A stretch of DNA of 64,000 nt, from NCBI GenBank assembly GCA_030264375.1, contig JASCQW010000156.1:24090829-24154828 (forward strand), read 5' to 3'. The position numbers were made by a program, and so were the translations under genes. The DNA is from Carcharhinus longimanus (taxonomy: Eukaryota). The notes below the pieces were generated by a model, which had not been told where the DNA came from, did no database searches, and saw only the letters and a list, made by a program, of their open reading frames with translations. This document shows positions 22,831-35,767 of this stretch, one piece after another. Position 1 is the stretch's first letter. Each line of letters starts with the position of its first letter.

Positions 22831-25800
22831 GCTACAGAGGTCACTGAACAGTGAGCAAGAGCAGAAACTTTGGATGATTTTTTTCTTAATAGCCTCTCCC
22901 TCCAAGGGGAGCTGAGACCAATTGTATGATCCTGACTGCTGCCCTACAACCATCAGCACAGGCTAGGGGAGGTGGGAGATTTTTGTAAAACTGAGCCAAT
23001 TATCAAGTCCAACTGCAACACATAATCCAAAAAAATAGCATTTGAACCCCAAATGGATTTGTGCCAATATGTGGAGATTCCAGTGAAGGGCAAAACAGAC
23101 TGAGATAAAATTGCCAGAACTGTGTAAAATCTGCTGTGGCATAGTAAGGTAATGCTGAAATGGGAGGTCAGCTGGTGCACTTTTTGTATTTAAAGTTAAT
23201 GAAGTTTCCGGGGAAAACAATTGATGTAAACGTTTGCATTGCAAAGGTCAATAGAGATCTCCCTTTGTGCTAATATATAAGCTAAATTTATGGTATTAAA
23301 AATGTATTGCACAAAACTGGCATTCATCCCTTCCTTTATGCTGCTTGGTCTTGTTCCCTGTATTGTCACATTTCAGTTTCCATTTTAATTACTTTCATGT
23401 AAAGCTAATACTTTACAAAAGAGGATGAAAAGATTAGTGAAGAAGTTATTGTACCTTCAACAGAGAGACCATGTGTAGGGCTGAAACTTGAACCCTAGCT
23501 TCCAGGAAATGGGAATTTCTTTTCACAGTTGACTCTCAAAACAAAATCCTTTGCCAAAGATTCTGAGCTCCGTTCTGGTTTCTAGATAAATCTAGGTTGG
23601 AACATTGATATGCAGCTCACCACAGAATTTAGTAATAGCTGTTGTCTTGGCTAAGTCAAAATTCTGATCAAATGTTGTATATCACAGTGCTATTAATATG
23701 CCCAAATGTGCACTGCAGGCAAAAGCAGCTGCACCACCTGGTGATGGGCTGTATATCGCAGCTCCAGTCTTTGGTAGAATAATGCAACAAATGGTTCAAT
23801 CCTTGGAGGGATTGTGTTTGTGAGTGCACTATTGAAAAGTAAAGGCGCTGTGGATAATTGCCAGAAGTTTGACCCTTATTATTTAATATTTGTATGTAAT
23901 GTAGATAGAAAATTCTTTTTCTTGCAGATTTTGCATCTGATCTTTTTGAAAGTTGAATAGTTGAGAATGTTTTGCATGACAATGGGCAGGCACAAGGTTA
24001 AATCCACCAAGTTGTTGTTGAACTTCTTGTGAAGTTTTCGCCCACCTAAAAAATATTGCCTAATTTATAGAGCACATGCATAAATACACTCAATGAAATG
24101 TTTGCCCTTTATTTTCCTGAAGGCTATGTATATTTTCGAAACCAGATATTGAATGTAAATGCCTGAATTTGGAGGGATTTTAATTATTACATGATGTTCT
24201 NNNNNNNNNNNNNNNNNNNNNNNNNNNNNNNNNNNNNNNNNNNNNNNNNNNNNNNNNNNNNNNNNNNNNNNNNNNNNNNNNNNNNNNNNNNNNNNNNNNN
24301 ATGTTCTGTGGCCAGAATCTTGTTCACTGCTCCTGTAAATTGAGGATCTGGATTATAGTGGGTTTTCAGGTCTCAGCTAGCACTGGGTGCGGTGACTATG
24401 GCTCGCTGTGCAGGCTTGTTCAAGATATTTTCTCAGCTGCTGTTTCTCCCATGACTGAGGCCAAACTTAATTAAATCTCAAGCACAAGTTCGTGGCTGCT
24501 TACCCTAGACTTGGAATAGAAATTGCATTTGTTTATACAGGGGTGGTAAAGGCCTGTCACTGTGAGATAGACCTGTGCTATTTTAAGGATATCTTTCTGA
24601 AGCAAGGATGAATTAATGACTAGTTATTTGAACATATTTTGAACATTCGTTGGTTGGTCCCTATCATTCTTCTGCCTCGTCATGCTCTCATTTCAAACTC
24701 CACAATCTAAACTTTGGCTCTGACATTCATTCCCCCTACCCCACCCCCAATCTCCAATATGCAGCACTACAAAACCAAATCTCTTAGCTCTCAATTCCTA
24801 CCTGTAGCTGTCTAACTCTGCACTGCCTGACACACTCCTACTCGGCTGCTTCTTTGCCCTCACCTGGTGAAGGCCCTTGTGCCGTAGGTGTCGCTGAATG
24901 GCATAAATGGGCCTTTGTAGTTTCTAAGACGTTAGCTGACTATTATAGAAGAAGTTAGTTTCTTAAGTAATGTTCAGAATTTCAGACTCTTAGTGAGAAA
25001 AACATGGAACACATGTAACCTCTACCACCCCTGTGCACGGTTGCACTTGCCATGTATCAGAGTGCACCACTGTGTTTCTTGCCCAAGTTCTTGATTTCTA
25101 CACGATGGGAGCAGTTTTTTTTAAAGGAGGAAGGCTCCACACACTACCTATTTCTGTAGAGTCTGCTAGTAGCCTGGGCTATTTGTTGGAAGTAATGCCA
25201 TTTTTTTTGTCTGGACAAGCTTACAGAATCGGTGTGACAGAAGTCTTAGCAGCCGATCTCGATGCAGGCAATCGACTTAGGTTTCCCCTTCTCTTTAACT
25301 CCACATATGTACTCTTCTGGGCCTGCAAAGCAGTCTGGAATTTTGACCCATTAGATGTATTTAGCCTGCTTTGTTTCTTTTGGGAGATGAGAGAGGACAT
25401 TGGGTAGTGCCTGAATTTTAATTGTAAGAGTCATGTCATTGACTGGATCCATTGTTTACAAATGTTGGCACACTTTAAAGCCCCACTTATTTTGTGTCAT
25501 TTTTGAATAATACTGCATTAAAATGACCAATAAGTTGTGAATGTTTTTTAAAAAGTATATATATATATATATATATTTTTGAAATTTCGCTTCTGGGGGG
25601 GTGNNNNNNNNNNNNNNNNNNNNNNNNNNNNNNNNNNNNNNNNNNNNNNNNNNNNNNNNNNNNNNNNNNNNNNNNNNNNNNNNNNNNNNNNNNNNNNNNN
25701 NNNTTTTTTTCAATTTTCGCTTGGGGGGGGGTGGTGGGGGATCTCTAGCTTAACCTGAATGCTGCTAGATTGTGAAACCCTTCCTCTATTTTTAAGCAAA

Positions 25801-26604
25801 TGAAAGATGTAGAAATTCCCAAGATCTATCAGTGCAAAAGTCTGTGCGAAAGAAATTTGATCAGTCATTATATCAGTGTGCTTGGGCCAGGGCATGTGGA
25901 AGCCACCAAAGTAAAGGGCTAAACCCTTAACTACCCCTCTCCCCCTGCTCCCCCCCCCCACCTCCCTTTTCCTTATATAACATCCAGATATCCTTTTGGA
26001 AAGTAATCAAAAGTGTTTTGCAGTCTGCACTGTTAGGAACTTTTTTATGTAGGTAGCATTGAGTTCTTGCTGTTTTAAAAAAAAATGCAAATAGTTTCAC
26101 ACAAAAAGTATAGATAGAGAATCATCTAAATAACAGGAGGTGGCAGCACATATTTAAGATAAATTTTAAAGCTGCACTATATGACAGGCCTGCCATAAGG
26201 GGCAGCCCTACTTTTGTTATACAGTACGTAGGAATATAAATATTACTGACCACCTTTAAAAGGTGCATTCTATTTTTAATTAAATATAAATAATCACTGA
26301 AATTGAAAAAAGATACAGATATATAAATAAAATATATATATATGTAGGTTAACCTATATCCTTTAAAAGAAAACATTAAATTGACTGTCAAAGCCAATTC
26401 AGCCTCCCCTTGGTGAGTAGTGAAAAGCAACGCAGCGCTGTGGTTGGAGGACAGCAGTAGTATCAAAGGCAAGTACGTATGCTTGATTATATACCGGCAA
26501 AGTTTCGAATCCTGTTACTGAGACTTGCTCGCCTCTGGGGGAGAGTTCAGCCACTTCACAAAATAGGCAACCAGATGGATTGACAGCTAATTATGAAGGT
26601 GGGG

Positions 26605-26638
<34 letters not shown>

Positions 26639-28183
26639 AAACATTTAGCATTGGTTGCCAAGTCAAGACGGAGCACAATGTGGTGGCGTATGGGCCATTG
26701 GCAGGGAGGAGGGGGATTGCGGGGAAACGGAGCAAATTATAAATTTAAAGACAGTAACTGCTTTCAGACTTGGAGTAATTGAAGATTTATGGGCTGGGAG
26801 AGCCAAACTGCACGAAAGCCATTGAAGTAATGGCTTGAGTGCAGGCATGGCGCGAGGCTACAAATGTTCACTTTCACAGAACAATGAAGTAAATTTTAAA
26901 GAAAGCATTTGTTATATTTGCCTTAAGCAGTAAAATCACTACATTAGTGATTCCTGCTGCTGTCAAGTAGCACAGCTTTTAACAAGCAGCGAGGCGGTTG
27001 CTGGAGAAGGAATGTTTGTGCTGTGCTTGAGCTCAAGTTAAGTACACTTCAAAAAATAGTTCACTTACAGTGCAATGGATATGGGATCTTGCACCATTGG
27101 TTGGAATGGGCCCCACTAACCACCATCCACTTTGTACTCGAGTTGAACCTTTTAGACGGTATTAGCAAAGTTGGATTCCTTTGTTCCAAAAATCCTGATG
27201 AATAATTTCTGTTTGTACCCTGTTGACCAGTTGTATATTTAAATTGAGAAAAAAAACCCATCTTTATTGGTTGGAAGTAAATAATTCAGTTTGGAATCAG
27301 CTTGGTGTCCAAGACATGCTGGAACCCTACAGCGGTTTGATTTGTGACGACAGAGGGTTCACCGGCCCTCCGAGGATCATTATTTTCTTCTCTCACTCCT
27401 CTTTATTGTAAACGTTTTTTTAAAAATTGGTATCATTCTTGACAGCAATGGAACAGATTCTTGTAAAAGCAAAATCTAGAGCTTAAGAGCAATTACAACT
27501 TGATTTTTCCTAATTGCATAGACCTGGGTGACAAGTGTTTTCTTCATGAGGTTTTCTTGGAACAGGACTCTAAAGACCCTTTGGAAATGGCTTATCTCTC
27601 TTTGTATACACTGCCATTGTCTTAATGTGATCACTCCCTACAGTATATGTTTTGCAGTAAAGAGGACACCTTGGCAGTTTCTGAACACAGGCTACAAGCA
27701 GGAGGAAGAACAACCTCTTTCTAACATAACAAAAGCAGTACTGGCTTTTGTGGCACATTTTAAACAAAAAAAAAGAATAAAAAAGTGTTGTGGTGTTCAT
27801 GTGCTTAATTGTAAATATATTGTTTGTCTTTGAAATTGTCCTTTTATTTTCTCGGGTGGGAAGGGGGCAGGGAAGAGACCAGGGTTTTATTCTATAAAGG
27901 AATACAGAGTATTTTGATATTGTGCATTCCAAGGGTGATGTGTACATATCTATGATGTATATAGTGATGAAATCATTATCATTTTGTGTGACACCAGCTC
28001 TTCTCTGTACTGCTGTTTTACAGTCAGTGTTTCAGTGTTTGTATTTTTTGTTACTGCACGTTTTATTAATCCTAGCTAAAACAGAAATGCACAACTATCC
28101 TTTGTATGAGTTTACTGCTGTAAAATACTACCAAATGTCATTAGTCGTTGCTGCCAGTCGTGATATGCATGGATGGCACTTAT

Positions 28184-28189
28184 AATAAA
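28184..28189 (+). promoter_or_regulatory. Candidate distal polyadenylation signal of FOXJ3
   Basis: AATAAA at the end of the transposon-poor region, followed by GT/T-rich sequence. Confidence 0.5.
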
Positions 28190-29389
28190 TGCTGTAGCTT
28201 CAGTGATGCGTTGAAGGGCTTCTCTTTTAATGAGATGTGTCTGTAGTCAAAGTCGCAACAGCGGAAAACAGTGTGTGTACAGAACTAACTGNNNNNNNNN
28301 NNNNNNNNNNNNNNNNNNNNNNNNNNNNNNNNNNNNNNNNNNNNNNNNNNNNNNNNNNNNNNNNNNNNNNNNNNNNNNNNNNNNNNNNNNNNNNNNNNNN
28401 NNNNNNNNNNNNNNNNNNNNNNNNNNNNNNNNNNNNNNNNNNNNNNNNNNNNNNNNNNNNNNNNNNNNNNNNNNNNNNNNNNNNNNNNNNNNNNNNNNNN
28501 NNNNNNNNNNNNNNNNNNNNNNNNNNNNNNNNNNNNNNNNNNNNNNNNNNNNNNNNNNNNNNNNNNNNNNNNNNNNNNNNNNNNNNNNNNNNNNNNNNNN
28601 NNNNNNNNNNNNNNNNNNNNNNNNNNNNNNNNNNNNNNNNNNNNNNNNNNNNNNNNNNNNNNNNNNNNNNNNNNNNNNNNNNNNNNNNNNNNNNNNNNNN
28701 NNNNNNNNNNNAGCATTTACAGAACAGGGAATTATTTAGAAATGGGGACAATGACCTTGCAGACAATTTAGCCAAACATGGGGAAACAGTAAACTGGCTT
28801 AGGTTGGGGGCTTATAGATGTACAAGACTTCATACCAGGAAAATTCAACTTGCAATGTCCTAATTCAGCTGAGGTTTTAGAAAGGGTAGAGCTTTGTAGA
28901 CACCAGTCAAGATATTGAAGGAATGGGTGAGGATCAGCTGCAAGGAGCCTTTCATGAGTTTTGTCTACAAGCAGGACCAGTTATCGCAATGACTGTGTAA
29001 GACTTTGCTGTGCGCATGTGTGAAGGGGTCACTAACACCATGGACTCTGCATTTGGATGTGTTTCTATAAAGCGTTCACTGTGCAGACTGTGCGCGCAGA
29101 GCCCAATAATGTGCATCCATGCTATGTGCACTTGCATGTGGGTTTCAGCATCTTCCACTAATAAAGTAGCAACATATTTAATAAAACTGACTAATGATCA
29201 ACAGTGGCTCGCTCTGGCATGGGGTGGGGGTGAAAATGAAAATGTAAATATCCCAACGGGATCCTAACAATAGTTTTGCAATATTTAAAAGAAAAGTTCA
29301 GAAGCATAAGTGAATTCTGGCCTACTGTATTTCATAAAAGATGTGCCTTGCTTACAGACTAGGAGACTTAGCGATATTTGGTTTCTAAA

Positions 29390-29485
29390 CAAAAACAAAA
29401 TGCTGGAAAATCTCAACAGGTCTGACAGTATCTGTGGAGAGAGGATAGTCAACATTTCAATTCAGGATGACCCATCGTCAGACTT
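29390..29485 (-). mobile_element. Penelope-like terminus fragment with hammerhead-like core
   Basis: The - strand reads agtCTGACGAtgggtcatcctgaattGAAAtgttgact. Confidence 0.55.
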
Positions 29486-29544
29486 TAGTTTTTAAAATCT
29501 TTCTTTCCGCTCCTGAAGACCGTCAATCTTTTTGGCAAAACAAT

Positions 29545-29780
29545 TAAACTAAATCAAATGAACTGAGGGATAAATCAAAAGGGGCAGTCCTCAAAAAGAA
29601 GGGAACCTCCTGAAACAAAAGACAAAGTAGAAAGGAAACGTCAAACTGAAATGTGATTAAAGGGATCAATAATACACCCTAGCCCCTGCGGTGTTCAGCG
29701 AGCACGGAAGGCCTCAACAGTGCCCATGGACATCACATGCTCCCTCTCCAGGGACACCCGGCCACAAATGTAGCCACGAT
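29545..29780 (-). mobile_element. Tx1/L1-clade LINE ORF2 C-terminus and 3' UTR fragment
   Basis: Translation RGYICGRVSLEREHVMSMGTVEAFRAR resembles Tx1-type ORF2 ends, followed on the - strand by a U-rich tail. Confidence 0.55.
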
Positions 29781-30239
29781 TTTTTTTTATATAATCTGTA
29801 TTTTTAAACTGAAGACTGTCAATGCTTGCTCTTTCGTAAATAGCACATGCCTGGCACCACCTCCAAATAACTAAATCTGAGAGACTGGGCAATGGTTGTT
29901 GGAGGATATATGTGAAAAACACGATCCAGTGCTTCCCCAGTGGATGAGCAGCTGTCCCTGCATTTTAGGGAGTCTCCACTTGACTCTGATCACCAACACA
30001 ACAGTACCCCTGTTCCGATATTTAAAGTACGCGCATTCCAGCTTTTTGGGGGAGGGGTCACTAACTAGCAGTCAAATGCCGATACTCTGGCAGAAATCTC
30101 CCTCTCCTGTTGTTATCCCAATTGAGAATGGGTGTTTTCTGTAATGGAAGGGAACTGGTTTCTACAATCCATGTCTTAACAAACTGCTGCTGCAGTGGAT
30201 AGAAATCAGCATCCTTGCTGCTTCTTTACTTCAAACATT

Positions 30240-30548
30240 CTGGTTAGCACTACTGCCTCACAACACCAGTGACCCGGATTCGATTCCTGACATGAGTGAC
30301 TGTATGAATGGAGTTTGCACATTCTCCCTGTGTCTGCGTGGGTTTCCAGCAGATGCTGTGGTTTCCTCCCATAGTCCAAAGATGTCCAGGTTAAGTGGAT
30401 TGGTCATGCTAAATTGCTCGTTAGTGTCAGGAGGACTAGCTAGGGTAAATACATGGGGTTATGGGGATAGGGCCTGGGTGGAATTGTGGTTGGTACAGAT
30501 TTGATGGGCTGAATGATGACCTCCTGCACTGTAGGATTCTATCTATCT
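30240..30548 (+). mobile_element. HE1-like V-SINE (CR1-type tail)
   Basis: tggttagcactactgcctcac...ggattcgattcc...ggagtttgcacattctcc...tgatgggctgaatga...gcactgtaggattctat. Confidence 0.85.
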
Positions 30549-31909
30549 AGAAATTGGCAGCTGAGTACTGAAGGATGGCCGTGTTCTAGTCAGCAATGAG
30601 ACTTTCTTTTCAAGCACTGGGATCAGCAGCCTCCGGCAGATAATAGCCTAGTAGAGTCTGAGTTATTTTTTTCTCAATTATTGCTCATGCTCCTCTTCAG
30701 GCACTGGCTTAGGCAGGGCTGCAGTGGCAAAGACGCTGGGCAGATCCTGTTGCCCCATCCAAGCAACCAATTTTTCTTATTCAAGAGCTTAGATAATTTT
30801 TCTTATTCAAGAGCTTAGAATTCCAACTGAGCACAATCATCGCCGCCACTCCTTCAGGTACCATGTCCTGAGGGGACGTGGAATTCCATTGGATTGATTG
30901 GCAAAATACCACAGTGGTTTGCTATTGCCGTCTTCATTATGGCTGGTCAGGAAACTCTCTCACTCGTACTGCCACCACTGGACATAGATGGATTTACAGG
31001 CTGATAACCTGTTTGACCACATTATAAGCGCACCTTCCTTGACCATCAAGTCTCAGATTGCAACTCAAACCTGGAGCTTCTGGCCTAGAGGTAGGGATGC
31101 TACCACAAGACATTCTGCCCTATCAACTCCTTGCTCAATATTCAAAATTTGCCTTTCAGTTGGAGTCACTGTTGAGGGATCAGGAATGGGAGCCTTTGTC
31201 AGCTTTTCTTTCTCTCTGCCCTGCCTGGGGAGGTTTACTGCCGTGCCATATCCCTGTTCCAGCTGAGAGTGAATTTAATCGAGCCAGGGCAAAGCCTGGG
31301 GGCCTTTCGGAGGATATGGCGCCATTGCNNNNNNNNNNNNNNNNNNNNNNNNACAAAGCTATGTTTTATTGAGAATTTTCATCATAATCATAGAACTCCT
31401 ACTGTGCAGAAGGAGGCCGTTCAGCCCATCGAGTCTCCACTGACCACAATCCCAAATTTAGCAACCCCTCCTCCCATTGGCTACTCTAGTCTGTGTACAA
31501 ATGTGTGAAAGCTGACTGGCTTTGTTAACATGCATGCATTAATTGTTTTCATGTTAAGATGTAGCTATGTAGAAGGTAGTAAATATGTGAAAAACTTGCA
31601 AGGCAATGAAGTGGGGTTATGCAGTTGAAGTGGGTGATGGATAAATATTTGAGACAGGATTTAGATGCATTATGATGAGCTTAGAGGCTGATAATTGGAA
31701 ATGATTACTTCATTCTTCCATTAGAACAAGTATCTCTAGTAGTTAAACAAATCATCTGAGCCCATTCAACTTTCTTTTAGAGTTGGGGTTTAAAAAAAAC
31801 ATGAAATTCACCAACCTTAGCTGAAGGATTTTTTTTAACCTTACATCAAGATTTGCAATCCAAGTGATTGAGGAGATTTTTGATCTCCTGAATTGTGTAT
31901 GAATCCATA

Positions 31910-32232
31910 TGGGTGGCACAGTGGTTAGCACAGCTGCCTCACAGAACTAGGGACCTGGGTTCGATTCCCAGCTTGGGTCACTGACCGTGTGGAGTTTGCA
32001 TATTCTCCCCATGTCTGCGTGGGTTTCCTCCAGGTGCTCTGGTTTTCTCCAACAGTCCAAAGATTTGCAGGTCAGGTTAATTGGCTGTGCTAAATTGCCC
32101 CTTAGCGTCCGGGGGGGTTAACAAGGTAAATATGTGGAGTTAAGGGCATTAGGCCTGGGTGGCATTGTTGTCAGTGCAGGCTTGATAAGCCAACTGTCCT
32201 TCTTCTGCACTGTCAGCATTCTATGATTCTAA
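31910..32232 (+). mobile_element. HE1-like V-SINE (CR1-type tail)
   Basis: Full head (gggttcgattccc box B), body and ttctatgattcta tail. Confidence 0.85.
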
Positions 32233-32756
32233 GGTATGGTCAAACTGGACTGAGTTATTTATAGTAGGAATCACTAAGAATATGTCTAAGAATCACTAAG
32301 AATAAATAATCACTAAGAATAAAGTGCTAAGAGAATAGAAAGTGGTCTTTGGACAAAGAAGTCCAAATAATAAAATTAGGCAACGTATTTGCTTGAAAGT
32401 GGAAATCTGACAAAGGGAAAGCAGGAGAAGCCTCCTATTGTCTACATTTCTCCGACAGTCGAAAGTGAAAGTCAAGAAGAAATTGAAATACTTCGGTAGC
32501 CCTTTGCTGGTTACTAAAACATTTGCAACTCTCATATTTACTGCTAGTAGTTGCAACATTATAAGCCTTTTCTTTTAATCTAATTATTTTCTTAACTCAC
32601 TGAGTGAGTTGTAGATGGGTGTTTCTCGCTGTTTTCTGTGGGAATGTATGTTTGTTGAACATTTTGAATTGTTTCTTTAAATGTTTTCCACTGTTCATTT
32701 CTCACCTTATCTTTCAGTCGCTTTACCTAATCAAACTTAGTCAGTTTTATCAGGGG

Positions 32757-32972
32757 ATTCTGGATGCTCCATCATTGCGTACATTTAAGCCTAGGATAGA
32801 CAGAGTATTGGTCTCTCAGGGAATCAAAGGATATGGGAAGTGGGCAAGAAAGTGGAGTTGAAGCTCAAGATCAGTGCGATTATTTTGAATGACTGAGTAG
32901 GCTCGAAGGGCTGTATGATCTATTCAGTCATTTAAAATAATTGTACGGATCTCCTGCTCCTAGTTCTTGCGG
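32757..32972 (+). mobile_element. CR1 LINE 3' tail
   Basis: cagggaatcaaaggatatggg...agtggagttgaag...ggctcgaagggctgtatg. Confidence 0.7.
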
Positions 32973-33202
32973 TTATATATTTGGGTAGATGTTATGTTGT
33001 TGTTGCCAACCTAGTCTTTTGTTTAGTTTCTGGCATTGTCGGCTGCTTCACAGGCTTTTAGTCAGTCTAACCTAAGCCTTTATACGTGAACAACTTCTCA
33101 ATAAACCTGCCTTGTTGACTGCAATGAACCCATGTGCTGCGACTGCACTTTCTTTCATCCTCACAAGTACAGCATATACAATACTTGTGTTCTTGTTAAG
33201 TT

Positions 33203-33496
33203 GGGTGGCATGGTGGCACAATGTTGCTGCCTCACAATTCCGGTTCAATTCCAGCCTCTGGTGACTGTCTGTGTGTGGAGTTTGCACTTTCCCCCTACGT
33301 CTGTGTGTGTTTCCTCCGGGTGCTCCAATTTCCTCCCACAGTCCAAAAATGTGAGGGTTAAGTTCATTGGCCAAGCTAAATTGACCTTTAGTGTCAGGAT
33401 AAACACGTGGGATTATGGGGATAGAGCCTGGGTGGGATTGTTGTCAGTGCAGGCTTGATGGTCAAATGGCCTCCTTCCGCATTGTGGGGATTCTAA
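33203..33496 (+). mobile_element. HE1-like V-SINE (CR1-type tail)
   Basis: Same head, body and tail as 31910. Confidence 0.85.
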
Positions 33497-34418
33497 GTTG
33501 TTGACTACCAAAACAAAGCCTGCGCACTGCACAGCAAGTTGACTACATGCAGTGTTGTGTGCAGTTGGGTTAAGTTAGTATAACCCCCAAAATGACTTTG
33601 ATGCTGCCGGCTAATGTTCTCTGTATCTCTCAAGCATTCTTTTAACTCTACCTTCTATAGTACCTCATTTTATTCACAAAATATCTCATCCACCAGATAG
33701 AGAAAAATTATTGATGGGAAATTATTGATTGAATTTAAGCAGTTGAGTCTGACACACGATGTAAGAATTACTTTCATCAAAAGGATCCAGTTCAAAGAAG
33801 TCTGCAATGCACAATGATACTTTACAGTTTGCTTTGCAAATTAAATGAAAATTCATGGTCCCCATGCAGAGCTTCAGCCAAGTTCATCGTGTTCTTTAAG
33901 ATAAAAAATACGCAAAAAGATTTATGCTCAGTGACCTTCACAACTGACACTTGTTGGAAAATCCTTTTCACTGCAGGTTACAAGTTAAGTTCGATGAAGT
34001 GTTTCACCAAAACAACTGTTTTCTTCTGGCAAACTGACTTAACTTACTGACTCCACAAAAGAGTATTTTGCCATAACTGATGATGCACATCAATTTAAAT
34101 TCTTGCCAATGAAATATCACCTCCAGTCCGCCTCCTCAAAAAATAAACAACAAATTAAACAAAAATATTTTTATCAGCTAAAGGTTGAACTCCGTCCAAA
34201 GCAAAGAATGAACTATGTCTGGCCTTAAATCCAGACAAGGTTATTAAGGCAACTATACCTTTGTTCGGCAAAGGGTAGGACAAATGATAACAGAAGATGG
34301 TGGACGTAATACTGAATTCAGGAAGAGATAAGCAGAAATAATTTCATAGAAACTGAAGGATGTGTCAACAACGACAGAACTCAGCTTGTATCAAGGGAAA
34401 AAACTCATAAGATTTGTT

Positions 34419-34577
34419 GGGGAGATGATGGTGTAGTGGTTTATCAATAGACTATTAATTCAGAAACTCAGCTAATGTTCTGGGGACCTGGGTTCAAGTT
34501 CCGCCATAATGGAATTTGAATTCAATAAAAATATCTGGAGTTAAGAATCAATTGATGACCATTGTTGCTTGTCAGAA
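34419..34577 (+). mobile_element. Second tRNA-derived SINE family (5' part)
   Basis: tggggagatgatggtgtagtgg...gactattaattcagaaactcagctaatgttctggggacctgggttcaagttccgcc; also at 37333, 47062 and 53806. Confidence 0.7.
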
Positions 34578-34579
34578 CA

Positions 34580-34852
34580 CCTTCCCCAGGCCCAACCCCT
34601 CCTACCGATCCTCATAGTCTGATGCATTTACCATGGCCCATCCACCTAACCTATACATCTTTGGACACTAAGAGGCAATTTAGCATGGCCAGTACACATT
34701 TTGTTTGGACTGAGAGAGGAAACTGAAGCATCTGGAGAAAACCCATACAGACACAGGGAGAATGTGCAAACTTCACACAGACAATCCAAAAACGAACCCA
34801 GGTCCCTGATGATGTGTAGCACCAGTGCTAACCTCTGGATCACCATGCTGCC
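34580..34852 (-). mobile_element. HE1-like V-SINE
   Basis: Reverse complement of the HE1-like body (ttggacactaagaggcaatttagcatggcc). Confidence 0.8.
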
Positions 34853-35334
34853 CTCATTCAAGAGATGTGGGCTTTACTGACTAAACCAACATTCATTGAC
34901 CATCCTTAATTGACCTTGAGATGTTGGTGGTGAGCTGCCTTCTTGAACTGTTATAGTCCCTGAGGTGCTGTTAAGCAGGGAACTGGTGAGCAGAAGCAAG
35001 TAGAGGTGGCCATCCGAGCAAGGAATTTAGATGAATTAGAAAGGTGACAAAATATGAAGAAGATATAAGCTAATAGGCATAATATAGTTTCAGAACTTAC
35101 CATTAATGCTTCACATTCTCTCGCCAGGAACTCATCAACACATTTGCATTGAATTTGTACCAAAACACAATTCTTGAGTCTAAACTAAATGATTTTGCAG
35201 GAGGCGGGGGGATTTTATGGAGCTGACAAGAATGGGAAATGTGGTGTGCAGGCTGACTGAATTAGGTGAAATGTGGAACTTCCATTTCCTGAGAATGGAT
35301 TGAGATGTGCAGATAAAGTCAGCAGCATGTTAGA

Positions 35335-35625
35335 AACATAGAAGGTAGGAACAAGTGGAGGCCATTCGGCCTTTCAAGCCTGCTCAGCTATCCGCCACAA
35401 TCATGGCTAATCATCCAACTCAATAGCTCAATCCTGATTTCTCTCAATGGCCTTTGATCACTCTTGCCCCAAGAGCTGTATCAAGGCGCCTCTTCAATAC
35501 ATTCAATGTTTAGGCATCAATTACTTCCTGTGGTAATGAATTCCACAGGCTCACCACTCTTTGGGTGAAGAAATGTCTCCTCACTGCCATCCTATATGGT
35601 CTACCCTGTATTCTCGGCCTGTGAC
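35335..35625 (-). mobile_element. CR1 LINE 3' end
   Basis: ggccattcggcctttcaagcctgctc...tcatggct...gaattccacaggctcaccactctttgggtgaagaaatgtctcctca. Confidence 0.75.
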
Positions 35626-35767
35626 GGGGGGGGGGGGNNNNNNNNNNNNNNNNNNNNNNNNNNNNNNNNNNNNNNNNNNNNNNNNNNNNNNNNNNNNNNN
35701 NNNNNNNNNNNNNNNNNNNNNNNNNNNNNNNNNNNNNGTGAGTGCTGATAAAACACTAATTTCAAAT

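Larger units (their letters stand above)
19209..28210 (+). other. FOXJ3: Putative long FOXJ3 3' UTR
   Basis: About 9 kb with no recognisable HE1 SINE or CR1 copies, unlike both flanks. U-rich, with a distal AATAAA at 28184-28189. Earlier AATAAA sites exist, so the true end is uncertain. Confidence 0.55.

Noticed and set aside
20634-25460. miR-17 (GCACTTT) and miR-30 (TGTTTACA at 20751 and 25453) seed matches in the putative UTR
   Set aside because: A few seed matches in 9 kb of AT-rich sequence are unremarkable without conservation data.
28227-28863. Long ORFs dominated by X (also at 18341, 41034 and 43192)
   Set aside because: They are open only because N-gaps contain no stop codons.
30768-30820. 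Short tandem duplication (aatttttcttattcaagagcttag x2; also aatcactaagaata repeats at 32268-32330)
   Set aside because: Ordinary local slippage duplications with no further structure.
31910-31990. tRNA-like sequences with box A/B
   Set aside because: They are heads of tRNA-derived SINEs, continuous with SINE bodies; no complete cloverleaf is evident.
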